NCBI GenBank assembly: GCA_963815195.1
Contig: CAWFGE010000013.1
Span: 928,001 to 992,000, forward strand
Reading direction: 5' to 3'
Source of the DNA: an uncultured Planctomycetaceae bacterium
Lineage (GTDB): Bacteria > Planctomycetota > Planctomycetia > Planctomycetales > Planctomycetaceae
Length of the DNA stretch: 64,000 bases
The position numbers and the translations under genes were made by a program. The notes beneath the pieces are model-generated. The model saw only the letters and a list, made by a program, of their open reading frames with translations. It did no database searches and had not been told where the DNA came from. Shown piece by piece: positions 35,029 to 46,087 of this stretch; positions within the stretch are counted from its first letter, which is position 1; every line of letters starts with the position of its first letter.

Positions 35029-37078
35029 ATGTCTGAAAGTGCAACCGTCGAAAAAGTTCGCGAACGCGTGCTGCAGCTCGCCCGCGAAATCGAATCCCTG
35101 TCCCGTTCGGAAGTGCCGCCGGAGGACTTCTTCCCCCAGTTCCTCGACAAGCTGGTGAAGGCCTTGGGAGCCGACGCCGGGGCCGTCTGGATGCTGGAAG
35201 ACGGAGGGCGGCTGGGGCTCCGGACGGAAGCGGGATTGGACGCGATCGGCTTCCGCCAAAATCCCAACGCCGGCAGCCTCAATCAACCGCTGTTGCACGA
35301 TGCGATCTCCACGGGGCAGGCGGCGGTGTATGTTCCGGGCGAGGCCGAGAAGCCGCTGCCCACGCAGCATCAGATCGTCGTCGCGGCGCTACAGACGGGG
35401 TCGGAGTCCGCGGGGGTCGTGCAAATCTTCCAGCGGGCGGGCGCGCCAAAAGAAGCCCGGCCCGGTTATTTGCAGTTCGTCGAGCAGATGTGCGGCTACG
35501 CATCGCGGTATCTGGAACGGCAAAAAACCCGCACGGATCGGCCCGCCGACGATTCCGCGGCCAGCCCGTTTCTTTACGAGTTCGGCGATTTCGTCCTGCA
35601 AATGCAGCGGACCCTGGACAGCAAGGAAGTCTGCAGTACCGCCGCCAGCGATGGCCGGCTGCTGCTCAACTGCGACCGCGTGAGCGTCGTGTTGACTTGG
35701 GGCCGCAAGACCTTCGTGCAGGCCATCAGCGGGCAGGATTCGGTCAATAAACGGGCCAACCTCGTGCGGGCAATGGTCGCCTTGGCGAAAACCGTGATCG
35801 CCATGAAAGAGCCGCTGGTGTATTCCGGCAAGAACGAGGCTTTGCCCCCGCAAGTCGAAACGCCGCTCGCCGATTTCGTCCAGGAGAGCAAATCCCGGCT
35901 GGTGATGGTCGTGCCGCTGTTTGAGACCGAGCTGCTCATCAAATCCGACGATGAGGACGAGGATCCCGCGGACGCGGGCGGCGAAGAAAAGCGACCGCGT
36001 CATCGGCTGTCTGGTGATCGAGCAGTTTCGCTCGAGCGAGCCGGCTCCGCACTTGCAGGAGCGGGTGGACCTCATCGCCGACCACGTCTCGGCCGCGCTC
36101 CACAACGCCCGCGAGCACGAGCGGATCGTCTTTCTGCCTTTGTGGAAGGGGCTGGGGCGGGTTTCGGAATGGTTTTACGGCCGGAAGTTGATGAAGACCC
36201 TCGCGGTGCTGGCGGGGGTTCTTGTCGTGATCCTGGCCCTCGTGTTCGTGCCCTGGGACTACCGCGTCGAGGGCGAAGGCCAGTTGATGCCCGTCGAGCA
36301 GCGGCAGGTCTTCGCCCAAGTGGACGGCGAAGTGATCCAGGTGCTGGCCGAGGGCGGGGCGCACGTCGCCAAGGGGCAGCCCATTCTGAAGCTGAAAAAC
36401 GATGAGCTGCACACGCAGCTGCTCGCCGCCCGCAACGAACTCGCCGAAAAGCAGCAATTGGCGCTGACGTTGTACGCCGAGATCGGCGAGCTCTCCGGAA
36501 GCGACGAAGAAAAGGAAAAACTCAAGCTGCAAGGGCAGTTGGTGGAGACCAAAATCGAAATCATCGGCCTCAAGGAGCAGATCGCCATCTACGAGGACCG
36601 CGAGGCCCATTTGACCGTCCTTTCCCCGATCGACGGCGTGCTCGCCACGTTCCAGGTGGAGCAAAAACTGCTGGACCGCCCGGTGAGGCGGGGCGAGGCG
36701 TTGGTGGAAGTCCTGGACGAGTCGGGGCCTTGGCGGCTCGAATTGGAAGTGGAGGAGCATCGCCTGGGCCACATTCTCGAAGGGCAGAAAAAACTCCACA
36801 CCGCGCACCTGCCCGTGGAGTTCGTGCTGGGCACGCGTCCGGAAGACACCTACACCGGCAGCGTCGAAGACATCGCGACCCGTGCCGACGTCGCGGCCGA
36901 GAAGGGCACGATTGTGGAGATCTACACGAAAATCAACGCCGACGACCTGCCCGCCGACCGCCGGCGGATCGGGGCGGAAGTCCGGGCGAAAATCAACTGC
37001 GGCAAGAGCAGCTTGGGTTATGTGCTCTTCGGCGATGTCATCGAATTCGTGCAAAAACACTGGTGGCGCTGGCTGTAA
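35029..37078 (+). CDS. GAF domain-HlyD fusion, copy 2; apparent frameshift ~35975
   Basis: GVVQIFQR, LNCDRVSV, AISGQDSVNKRAN; TM helix; YRVEGEGQLMP, LSPIDGV, AKINCGKSSLGYVLF. Confidence 0.87.
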
Positions 37079-37118
37079 GCCGATTCAAAGCGGAGAAGCC
37101 GAGTGCCAATTTGGGTCG

Positions 37119-39140
37119 TCAGGCCGCTTGGTCTTCCGGATCTTCCGTCATGGGGATCGGATCGTGGGAATCTTCCCCGGCCGGGCCCTCGAGTTGATCG
37201 AGCAGGTCGCGGATGATGTGCTCGGCTTCGAACTTTTCCTCGGTCCACCGGTCTCGCTGCGTGCGCCAGAAGTTTTCGCGGGCGGAAAGTTCCTGGGCTT
37301 GCCTCTGGAGTTCCGATTCCCGGCGGCTCTGGTGCTCGTCGCGTTCGGTCATCCAGTTCGCCAAGGTTTGGCGTTCTGTCTCGAAGGCCGATTGGCGGTG
37401 TTCGAGTTTTTGAATCTCGCCGGCGATTTCGCCCCGTTGATTCTCGATTTCCCGATGCAACGCCGCGATTTGCTCGTTGACGGCCTGGCGAGCTTCCGCG
37501 AGTCGCTGTTCGGCGACTTCGAGGCCGGCGGTTTGGCTGAAGGCGGCCCAGGCTTCTTCGACGGCGAGCCGCGTCTCCAGAGCCTGCCGATGCGTGTCTT
37601 CCATCTCAGCCCGCACCGCTTCCAGGCGGGTTTCGCGGGCCGTGAGTTTCTCGTCGAGCTCGGCGAGGCGGGCGCTTTGACGTTCGAGTTCCGCTTGGAG
37701 AGCCTGCTGTTCCTGTTCCCAATGGAGGCGGTCGTCCTGGAGCCGGGCGCGGTCGGCTTCCCATTCCGCCGCGGTCTCGGCTTTCGACTGTTTGAGCGTT
37801 TCCCGTTCGCGGTCGAGGGACGCTTCCCGCACCGCCAACCGCTCGCGGTGCTCGTCGAGGTGCAGTTTCCGCAGCCGCAGCAGTTCCGACTCGCGGAACT
37901 GGGCCTGCGAGGTCTGCTGCTTCTCGATCTGGAACTCCCGTTGAAAGGTCTCCAACTCGATGCGGAGCTTTTCCAGATGCTCCCGCTGGAAGCGGAGCCG
38001 ATTTTCCCGCGTGGCCCATTCCTCCTGAAACCGCTGCTCAAGGGCGGCTTGATCCTGCTCCATCTGCTCCCGCTCGACCCGCAGTTGCTCCTTCCGTTCT
38101 TCATGCGCCAACTCATCCGCTTGGCGGGTTTCCTCGATCGCTTTTTGCTCTTCCTCGCGCTGGGTTTCCCAGGCGGCGACGTTTTGGGCGTGTTCTTCCG
38201 CTTGCCGGCGGCATTGGTCTTCCCACGCGGATTGCCGGCGGCCGCAATCGGCTTCCCATTCGGCGCGGGCTTCTTCGAGCGAGGCGTTTTGCTTTTGGGT
38301 ATCGGCTTCGAGTTCCGAACGGGCCTGGTTTAATGCGGCTTCTTCTTCGCCGCGGGTTTGTTTCCACGCCTCGCGTTCGCCGGCGATCTCTGTGCGCTCG
38401 GCGTCCAACTCCGCGCGGACGGCTTCCACGAGCCGGGCCCGCTCGAACTCCAATTGCTGATCGACTTCCTCCAAGGCGGCCTGATGATCCCGGCGGTGCT
38501 GCTCGACCTCCTCGGCGAAGCGGCGGCGTTCCTCGGCCAGTTCGTTCTCCGCCCGCGCGAGTTTCCGAAAGTCCTCCGCCAACTCCGCTTGGATGTCCTG
38601 CCGAAGATTGGCCCGCTCGGTCTGGAGGTCGCGCTCCAAGCGGGACTTTTCCTCCTCGAACTCCGTCCGAGCCCGGCCCAGGATTCGCTGTTGCTCTTCG
38701 AGTTCCTCGATGAGTTGCTCGCATTCGTCCATTTGCCGGCGAAATCCCTCTTCGCGTTTTTGTAAGTCGGTTGTCCGCTCGTGAAGCCGGCGTTCCAACT
38801 GGCGGGCGGCCTCCTGGATGTGCCGGCGTTGCTCTTCGAGCAGGTCCCGCTGCCCTTGGATTTGGGCTTCGCGATGATCCAGCTCGTCAAAATGCCCGCG
38901 GAGATGCTCGGCCACCCGGCTGGCTTCCACCAAGAGTTCGTGCTCTTTGCGGAGGATGTTTCCCGAGCGGGAGCGCTGCGGCGCGGGATCCGTCGAGACG
39001 GACGGCGGCGCGACGTTTGCCGGGGTGGAAGCGGGGGGCGTTGGGAAGGGAAGATGCGGGCCGCCGCTGCCATCGTGCGTCTCGCGCGGATCGGACGCGG
39101 CGGTTTGAAGAGAGGGTCGATGTGCGGGGGGGTCGCTCAT
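37119..39140 (-). CDS. Long E/R/Q-rich coiled-coil protein
   Basis: Pro-rich head followed by roughly 600 aa of nearly Pro-free charged heptad-like sequence; no ATPase motifs seen. Confidence 0.8.
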   Translation of the reverse strand: MSDPPAHRPSLQTAASDPRETHDGSGGPHLPFPTPPASTPANVAPPSVSTDPAPQRSRSGNILRKEHELLVEASRVAEHLRGHFDELDHREAQIQGQRDLLEEQRRHIQEAARQLERRLHERTTDLQKREEGFRRQMDECEQLIEELEEQQRILGRARTEFEEEKSRLERDLQTERANLRQDIQAELAEDFRKLARAENELAEERRRFAEEVEQHRRDHQAALEEVDQQLEFERARLVEAVRAELDAERTEIAGEREAWKQTRGEEEAALNQARSELEADTQKQNASLEEARAEWEADCGRRQSAWEDQCRRQAEEHAQNVAAWETQREEEQKAIEETRQADELAHEERKEQLRVEREQMEQDQAALEQRFQEEWATRENRLRFQREHLEKLRIELETFQREFQIEKQQTSQAQFRESELLRLRKLHLDEHRERLAVREASLDRERETLKQSKAETAAEWEADRARLQDDRLHWEQEQQALQAELERQSARLAELDEKLTARETRLEAVRAEMEDTHRQALETRLAVEEAWAAFSQTAGLEVAEQRLAEARQAVNEQIAALHREIENQRGEIAGEIQKLEHRQSAFETERQTLANWMTERDEHQSRRESELQRQAQELSARENFWRTQRDRWTEEKFEAEHIIRDLLDQLEGPAGEDSHDPIPMTEDPEDQAA

Positions 39141-39254
39141 CGAGGGAGTCCTTTCCCATCTGAGCCTGATCAACGGAGAAAGGGGATCGCCCGCCAAAGA
39201 CCCGGCAATCCCGTTTGGGTGAATGATTCAAGCGAATCGGTGATGCAAACCTTT

Positions 39255-39590
39255 TTAGCCGGCGACCTGGTCCAGGGCCGACTTGAACATGTTTTTGGGC
39301 GTCAAACCCACGAAGCGGCCATTCTCGACGAGCTGGCCGTTCTTGAAGAGCATCACCGTGGGGATGGCGCTAATTTGTTGCGTGGTCGCGGTTTGCGGAT
39401 TTTCATCGGTATTGAGTTTGCCCACGCGGACCCGGCCTTCGTATTCCTCGGCCAGTTCTTCGATCGTCGGGGTCAAGCGTTGGCACGGGCCGCACCACGG
39501 AGCCCAGAAATCCACCAGGACGGGTTGATCGGAATCCAAAACTTCGCTCTGGAAATTGTCGTCGGTGAATGTCAGCAGTTTTCCGGCCAT
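39255..39590 (-). CDS. trxA: Thioredoxin
   Basis: PVLVDFWAPWCGPC, VGKLNTDEN, SAIPT. Confidence 0.95.
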   Translation of the reverse strand: MAGKLLTFTDDNFQSEVLDSDQPVLVDFWAPWCGPCQRLTPTIEELAEEYEGRVRVGKLNTDENPQTATTQQISAIPTVMLFKNGQLVENGRFVGLTPKNMFKSALDQVAG

Positions 39591-39876
39591 GCGAAAAGCC
39601 CCCAAAATGTGATGAATTTGTCTGTTTTGCCCGCCTCCGCCTCGGGGACGAAGAACGGTGTTTCTCGGTTTATCAAGTCGGTCGAATTATAGAGGAATGG
39701 GGTGTTCTGTCAATGTGAGCAGTTTGGCCCGCGATTTCGTAAGTCGGGGCCGTGTGAGAGATTCGAAAGACGACGCGATCGCCGCCGCGAAAAAAGCCGT
39801 TCGCTCGACAGATGCAAACCGGCATGAAAGAATGGTTCTGTGGGGACACGTCTTTTGCTTCATCCAATGATTCGCC

Positions 39877-41289
39877 ATGAAATCGCCGCTTTTCGAATTC
39901 TCTCCGCGAGTCCAACCACGGATCCCCGGGCTTCGTGCCTTCGTGGTTCATGCGGTCGTGGGGATGGTGTTGTTTTGTGGATCGGAACGTTTTGCGATGG
40001 CTCAGCCGAAGCCGCCGGATCCGCTCCGCGACGCGGCGCTCAGTCCGGACCTGTTGGACCGGGCGAAACAACCGTTGCCCCCGCTCACCGGCGAAACGAA
40101 AGCCGTTTGGCGGGAGACGCTGGCTCCGGTGTTTTCCTTTATTCAAGGCATCCCGGCGGAGACGGTGGAAGAGGAGGCCTATGAACGTCGGCGGGCCCGC
40201 GTCCGGGCCACGGCGGACGACCGCAAGCGCGGCAATACGCACACGCCCTTTCATCTGCTCGACGATTTCCACAAATCGCCCGAATCCCACCTGGGACGGC
40301 CGGTGGCTTTGCACGGTTATCTCACAAAACTCGAAGCGTTCGCTCCCGGCGATGCGGAGTCCGAAGCCCCCTGGCGCACAGGCTCGCTCAAACTGTGGAA
40401 CGAAAACCGCAGCGTGCGATTCATCGCGGCTTCGCTTCCCAAAGGATTTCCCACGGGAGAAAAACTCCACGAGCCGGGGAGCGTCATCGGCTTTGCGTTT
40501 GAAACGGAGTCGAATGCGGACGGGGAAAAATCTCCCGAGTTGTTGATCGTCGCCCGTTGGGTGCGGCGGTGTCACCCGGCTTTGGACGCGAGCTATCTGG
40601 CCGTCGTGACGGACCGCACGATCGGCATCGAGAGTTGGGAATACGACGCCTACTTCCGCACCCTGCTGCATGCGAAACTCGTCGATCCGGCCGCTCAAAA
40701 ACAGGCGGCCCGCGAGTTCTGGCAGAAGCGCCAGAAAGCCCTCAATCGGCCCCGGCCGCTGTTTGTGGATCTCTTCAAATCGTTCGCGGACAATCCCCGC
40801 CTCTACCGCGGGCAGCCCGTGACCATGACCGGCACGCTCCGGAAACTCACGGGTTACGAAGCCGACCCGCTCAACGGTTTTGGAATCGAACGCGAGTACG
40901 AGGGCTGGTTCTATCCGGAGGATTCGCAGTCGAATCCCATGGTCGTCGTCTTCACGGAGAAGCCCGCGGACTTGCCGGAGGGCAGCAACCTCAGCGTTCC
41001 CGTCGAAGTCACGGGGTATGTTTTCAAGATGTACGGCTACAAAGCCCAGGATGGAAACCGCCGCGTTGCCCCGATGCTCTTGGCCAAGACGATGCGGAAG
41101 TTGAATATCCCCGAACCGGAATCTTTCCCGATGGCTTGGGTCTGGTCGGGTTTGGCGTTATTGTTTTTGGGGATCGGGGGATTTTTGTGGTCGTCCCATC
41201 GGGCGGACAAAGCGTTTCGCCGGGAACAACTCGAGATCGAACGATCGGAAGAACCGCCGCGGTTCGACGATCTGCCGATTGAAGACTAA
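39877..41289 (+). CDS. Exported, C-terminally anchored hypothetical protein with two related OB-fold-like units
   Basis: N-terminal hydrophobic segment; repeated motifs HLGRPVALHGYL and YRGQPVTMTGTL; C-terminal TM (WVWSGLALLFLGIGGFLW). Confidence 0.7.
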   Translation: MKSPLFEFSPRVQPRIPGLRAFVVHAVVGMVLFCGSERFAMAQPKPPDPLRDAALSPDLLDRAKQPLPPLTGETKAVWRETLAPVFSFIQGIPAETVEEEAYERRRARVRATADDRKRGNTHTPFHLLDDFHKSPESHLGRPVALHGYLTKLEAFAPGDAESEAPWRTGSLKLWNENRSVRFIAASLPKGFPTGEKLHEPGSVIGFAFETESNADGEKSPELLIVARWVRRCHPALDASYLAVVTDRTIGIESWEYDAYFRTLLHAKLVDPAAQKQAAREFWQKRQKALNRPRPLFVDLFKSFADNPRLYRGQPVTMTGTLRKLTGYEADPLNGFGIEREYEGWFYPEDSQSNPMVVVFTEKPADLPEGSNLSVPVEVTGYVFKMYGYKAQDGNRRVAPMLLAKTMRKLNIPEPESFPMAWVWSGLALLFLGIGGFLWSSHRADKAFRREQLEIERSEEPPRFDDLPIED

Positions 41290-41322
41290 CGCTGCTTCGA
41301 AGCGCGACTCGAAATCGATGAG

Positions 41323-41351
41323 ATCATGGGGTTGACGCCCCACGCTCGCCT
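41323..41351. repeat. REP-like family A copy
   Basis: ATCATGGGGTTGACGCCCCACGCTCGCCT. Confidence 0.75.
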
Positions 41352-41379
41352 CTTTGGTTTACTTTTTGAAAGGTGCATC

Positions 41380-42321
41380 ATGGCGAATTCGGTAGCGACG
41401 ACAACCACCCGGCGCGGATTTTTGCAGACGGGGATTTGCGGGATCGGGCTCGCGGCGGCGGGGTGGAATCCGCTGGCATCCGCCCGCGCGGCCACGGCTC
41501 CCAAACGGCCCGAAGGCTCGCATATGAAATTGTCACTGGCGGCGTATTCCTTCAATCGCATGCTCCCCCGCAACGGCCAAACCGCGGGGGCCAAAATGAC
41601 GCTCGAAGACTTTATCGACTATTGTGCCGAATTGGATCTCGACGGCACGGAACTCACCGGCTACTACTTCCCCGACCCGGTCACGCCGGAGTATTTGATG
41701 AGCCTCAAAGAGCGGACTTTCCGCTTGGGGCTGGACATCTCCGGCACGGCGATCGGGAACGACTTCTGTCTTCCCGACGGCGACGCCCGGCAGAAGCAGT
41801 TGGCCTATGCCCGGAACTGGATGGATTATGCGGCGCTCATGGGCGCGCCGGTGATCCGCATTTTCGCGGGCAAGGTTCCCAAAGGCGAAACCGAAGACGC
41901 CGCGATCGAACGCTGCGTCGCGGGCATTAACGAATCGCTCGATTACGCGGCTCAAAAAGGCGTGTTCCTCGCGCTCGAAAACCACGGCGGGATCACGGCC
42001 ACCCCCGCCCAGATGCTGAAGATCATCCAAGGCGTGAAAGACTCGCCCTGGTTCGGGGTGAACCTCGACGGCGGGAACTTCCGCACGGAGGACCCCTACC
42101 GCGACCTCGCCGCGATCGCGCCCTATGCGATCAACGCCCAACTCAAGGCGACGGTGAGCCGGAACGGCAAAAACGAGCCGGCGGACTTCGAGCGGATCAT
42201 CCAGATCCTAAGGGACACGAAATACCGGGGCTACATCGTGCTGGAATATGAAGAGCGGGAGGACCCCAAGACAGCCGTTCCGGGGCTCATTAAAAAACTC
42301 CGCGCGCTGATTCACGGCTGA
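41380..42321 (+). CDS. Tat-exported sugar phosphate isomerase/epimerase (xylose-isomerase-like TIM barrel)
   Basis: TRRGFL signal, LAAYSF, LALENHGG, VNLDGGNF, YRGYIVLEYE. Confidence 0.9.
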   Translation: MANSVATTTTRRGFLQTGICGIGLAAAGWNPLASARAATAPKRPEGSHMKLSLAAYSFNRMLPRNGQTAGAKMTLEDFIDYCAELDLDGTELTGYYFPDPVTPEYLMSLKERTFRLGLDISGTAIGNDFCLPDGDARQKQLAYARNWMDYAALMGAPVIRIFAGKVPKGETEDAAIERCVAGINESLDYAAQKGVFLALENHGGITATPAQMLKIIQGVKDSPWFGVNLDGGNFRTEDPYRDLAAIAPYAINAQLKATVSRNGKNEPADFERIIQILRDTKYRGYIVLEYEEREDPKTAVPGLIKKLRALIHG

Positions 42322-42665
42322 CAAAAAACGCCGGCGAAACGATTCCCTCAATCCCCTCGGGAGCGGCCTGGATTCCTCGAATTTCGGCAGGTTTCCGAGT
42401 CGGGATCTTGAGGGATTTTTTATTCCCGGGCGGGATTTGTCGTTTTCAGGTTCTTCCGGTGACTCATGTGCGGGAAATTCCGTGCGTGCGCAAAATGCTG
42501 CTTATCCGGTTAGGTGATTCTTGCCGATTAGCTGAATGAACCGATCCTTCATGCGTCCCTTTGGCGGGCGGCGTCTAGGGTTGGGGGGCGAGCTGGTCGT
42601 GGTTGGGGGGATGGTGTCGTCGCCAACAAGCCACGGACAACCCACCTTGGAACAGGGATGTCAAA

Positions 42666-44838
42666 ATGAAGCGCGTGCGTGCAAAGGTCTTGGGGGTTCT
42701 GGCGGCTCCAATTCTGGTGCTGCCCGGTTGCGGCTATTTTCATCCGAAGCCCGTCGCGCCGGCGTGCGACGTGGCGTACTATCAGACGGCCGCGACGGGC
42801 GTGGAATACACCGAGCCGCTGCCTCCCGACGAGGAAATCGCCGCCACGCCGGCTCCGTTGACTCTGGAGACCGATACGCCGGAGTTCCAGGACATTACGC
42901 TTCAGCAGTGCGTTCAGATGGCGCTCCAGAACAACGAGGTCATGCGGGATCTCGGGGGCGTTTTGTTGCGGACGCCGACTTCGGTGCAAACGGTTTACAC
43001 GCCGGCCGTTCAAGAATCCGAGCCGCGGCTTGGCTTGGGTCTGGTCGGACCGGAGGCGGCCTTGAGCGCGTTTGACGCCTCGCTCGCGGCGAACGCGTTC
43101 GTGCAGCGGGTCGAGCGGGCCGACAACAACGGCACGCTGATCAACACCTTTCCCGGCCCGAGTTCGTTCAAGCAGGACCTGGGCACTTTCCAGGCGGAGC
43201 TGTCCAAGATTTCCGCCGTGGGCACCCGGTTCGCCGTGCGGAACCTTACCCAATACGACGCCAACAATGCGACGCTCAACACCTTCGGCAGCTCGTGGAC
43301 GGTGAATTACGAAGTGGAAGCCCGCCAGCCTCTGTTGCAGGGCGGGGGGATCGACTTCAACCGCATCGCCGGTCCCCAGGCGGTGCCGGGGATTTATACC
43401 GGGGTTCTGTTGGGCCGGATCAACACGGACATTGCGACTCGCGGATTTCGAGCTGGCCGTGCGGAGTCTGGTCAACGATGTGGAAAACGCCTATCTCGAT
43501 TTGTATTTCGCCTATCGCGATTTGGACGCGAAGATTGCGGCCCGCGATTCGGCGCTCGAAACCTGGCGGAATGTGAACGCTTTGTTCGAGGCCGACCGGA
43601 AAGGCGGCGAAGCCTTCCGCGAGGCCCAGGCCCGCGAGCAATATTTCCGCTTTCAGGAAGAAGTGCAAAATTCGCTCCAAGGCCGATTGTTTGAAGGGAC
43701 GCGAGGCAACAACGGCAGCATGGGCGGCACGTTCCGGGCGACCGGCGGCGTGCAGGTCGTCGAGCGCCGATTGCGGCTGTTGATCGGCATGCCCATCAAC
43801 AACCACACGCTCTTGCGTCCCGGCGAAGAACCGGAAATGGCCGAGGTCATCTTCGATTGGGAAGAAGTGCTCACCGAGGCATTGAACCGGCGGGTGGAAC
43901 TCAGGCGGCAGAAATGGAACGTCAAGAGCCGGCAGTTGGAGCTCAAGGCGGCCCAGAACTTCCTGTTGCCCCGCCTCGACCTGGTGGGCAAATACAACTG
44001 GAACGGTTTCGGCCGGGATTTGTTCCGCCAGCACAGCCTGGCCGCCGCCACGCGGGACGTGACGAATCCCGTTGACAATCTCCGCACGCGGTACGAGAAC
44101 AGCCAGTTCAACAACGCTTACGGCAACCTGTTCGGCGGCAACTTCCAGGGTTGGCAGGTCGGGGCCGAGTTGTCGATGCCCGTCGGCTTCCGCCGCGGTC
44201 ATGCGGGCGTGGCGAACGCGGAATTCCGGTTGGCGCACGACGTGGCGCTCTTGCGGGAGCAGGAACGCGAGGTCGTGCACGATTTGAGCAATGCCGTCGC
44301 CGATACGCAGCGGGCCTATGCCGTCGTGGAAACGAACTACAACCGCCGGCTGGCGGCGAAGCAGCAACTCGTCGCGGTGGAAGCCGCCTATGAAGCCGAC
44401 CAGGCCGGGGCGGAACTCGATGAAGTTCTCGACGCCCAGCGCCGGCTGGCCGATGCGGAATCGAATTACTATCGGTCGTTGGTGGAATACGCCTCGGCGA
44501 TCAAGAACGTGCATTTCGAGAAGGGATCGCTCCTCGATTACAACGGCATCTATCTGGAAGAAGGCCCGTGGCCGACGAAGGCCTACCAGGACGCCGCCAA
44601 GCGGCGGGACCTCAGGCTGCGTCCGCTGCAATTCCTCGGGCCGATCGAGCAGGGCCGGGTCATCAGCAACGGACCGGTGCCCCAGTTGGCGTTGCCGCAA
44701 CCGGGCACGGTGCCGCCGCCCCAAGAACCGGCCTATCCGCCGCCGCCGGGCGGCACCGAAAACGGCCGCTCGAATCCGCCGCCCGCTCCCGACAACGGCG
44801 ATTCCGATCCAAAACTCCTTCCGGCACCCTCGAACTGA
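42666..44838 (+). CDS. TolC-family outer-membrane efflux lipoprotein; apparent frameshift ~43440
   Basis: Lipobox VLPGC; ITLQQCVQMALQNN, EARQPLLQGGG, DVENAYLDLYFAY, ALNRRVELRRQ, LLPRLD, VLDAQRRLADAE; Pro-rich tail. Confidence 0.87.
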
Positions 44839-44878
44839 CGCGGAACACGGCAACCCGCGTTCATGAGACGTGCCGAAC

Positions 44879-44912
44879 AAAACCCCGGTCACCCAAGTGG
44901 CCGGGGTTTTTT
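44879..44912 (+). terminator. Rho-independent terminator
   Basis: AAAACCCCGGTCAC-CCAA-GTGGCCGGGGTTTTTT downstream of the TolC gene. Confidence 0.8.
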
Positions 44913-45063
44913 CCAATGTACGGCGAGCACGGGGCCTATTCGATCTTGGCGGTCGCGCGGTCGAAGGAGCGTTCGTGGTCATTGGCTGGGATAACGTGGG
45001 GTGTTATCGTTATCGTCATCGGTAGAAAACCGGCGACTTCCGAGAACCCACAAGGAACTCCCC

Positions 45064-46038
45064 ATGGCCTTTTCATTTCCATTGGTCTTGACGCTGTTGG
45101 CCGCGGCCCCGTCGCAGCCTTTCACGAGCCCCAATTCCGAAACGCCCCAATACGGTCACGGGTTGACGCCTCGCGAAGCCGACGCCGGTTGGCTCAGTCT
45201 GTTTGACGGAGAGACCACCTTCGGATGGAAGAACGCAGACGTCCGAAACGGAAGTTTGCGGGGCGGCGAAACCACGACTCGATTTCGAAATTTTGAAATC
45301 CGGGCCAAAGTCTCGTCCGGAGGATTCATCGTGGTTGGCGCTTTGGCGGAGCGGGTCTCGCCGGGTCTCTTTGAAAAAACCGTGAAGGCGGAAAAGCCGC
45401 AGACGATCCGGCTGGGAGCGACGGTCGAGGTCCAGTCGGTGCTGGTGCGCCCCTTGGGACTCGAGCCGACGTTTAACGGGAAAACTCTCGATGGCTGGAA
45501 AGTGCTTCCGCATCCTCGCCTGCCGAAAGAAAAGCAAGCCGTCTGGCGGGTCGAGAAGGGAGCGATTGTGGCCGAAGGGGGACCAGGAGCGCTTGAACTC
45601 CAAAATTCCCGTTATGGAGATTTTGTCTTGCAAGTCGAAGTTCGCACCCGGAAAAAACTCGTCAATGGAGGTGTCTTTGTTCGGGCGATTCCGGAAGATT
45701 TTCTCAACGGATACGAAGCCCAAATCTTCAATGCCTGCTATGAAAATGATCCCTCTCAACCGGCGCGCTACAGCACGGGTGCGATTGATGATCGACAACT
45801 CGCCCGGAAACTCGTGAGCCGGGACAAGGCGCCGTTCTTAATGACCGTCATCGCCGGGGGACCGCACATCGCGACTTGGGTCAACGGCGTTCAAATGACG
45901 GATTGGACCGATCCCCGCGAAACTCACGAAAACCCCCGCCAAGGAAAACGAGAGAAACCGGGAGCGATCCAACTGCAGGCTCACGATCCTGGAACAGAGA
46001 TCGAGTTTCACCAAATACGGATTCGTAGCGCGAAGTAG
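45064..46038 (+). CDS. DUF1080 (3-keto-disaccharide hydrolase-like) protein
   Basis: Signal peptide, GWLSLFDGETTFGW, FNGKTLDGW, YGDFVL, GYEAQI, GAIQLQAHDP. Confidence 0.88.
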   Translation: MAFSFPLVLTLLAAAPSQPFTSPNSETPQYGHGLTPREADAGWLSLFDGETTFGWKNADVRNGSLRGGETTTRFRNFEIRAKVSSGGFIVVGALAERVSPGLFEKTVKAEKPQTIRLGATVEVQSVLVRPLGLEPTFNGKTLDGWKVLPHPRLPKEKQAVWRVEKGAIVAEGGPGALELQNSRYGDFVLQVEVRTRKKLVNGGVFVRAIPEDFLNGYEAQIFNACYENDPSQPARYSTGAIDDRQLARKLVSRDKAPFLMTVIAGGPHIATWVNGVQMTDWTDPRETHENPRQGKREKPGAIQLQAHDPGTEIEFHQIRIRSAK

Positions 46039-46087
46039 CGGCCGCGTTCGCCAAAAAAATTGGGCATCGCGAAAACGGGAGAACAAA

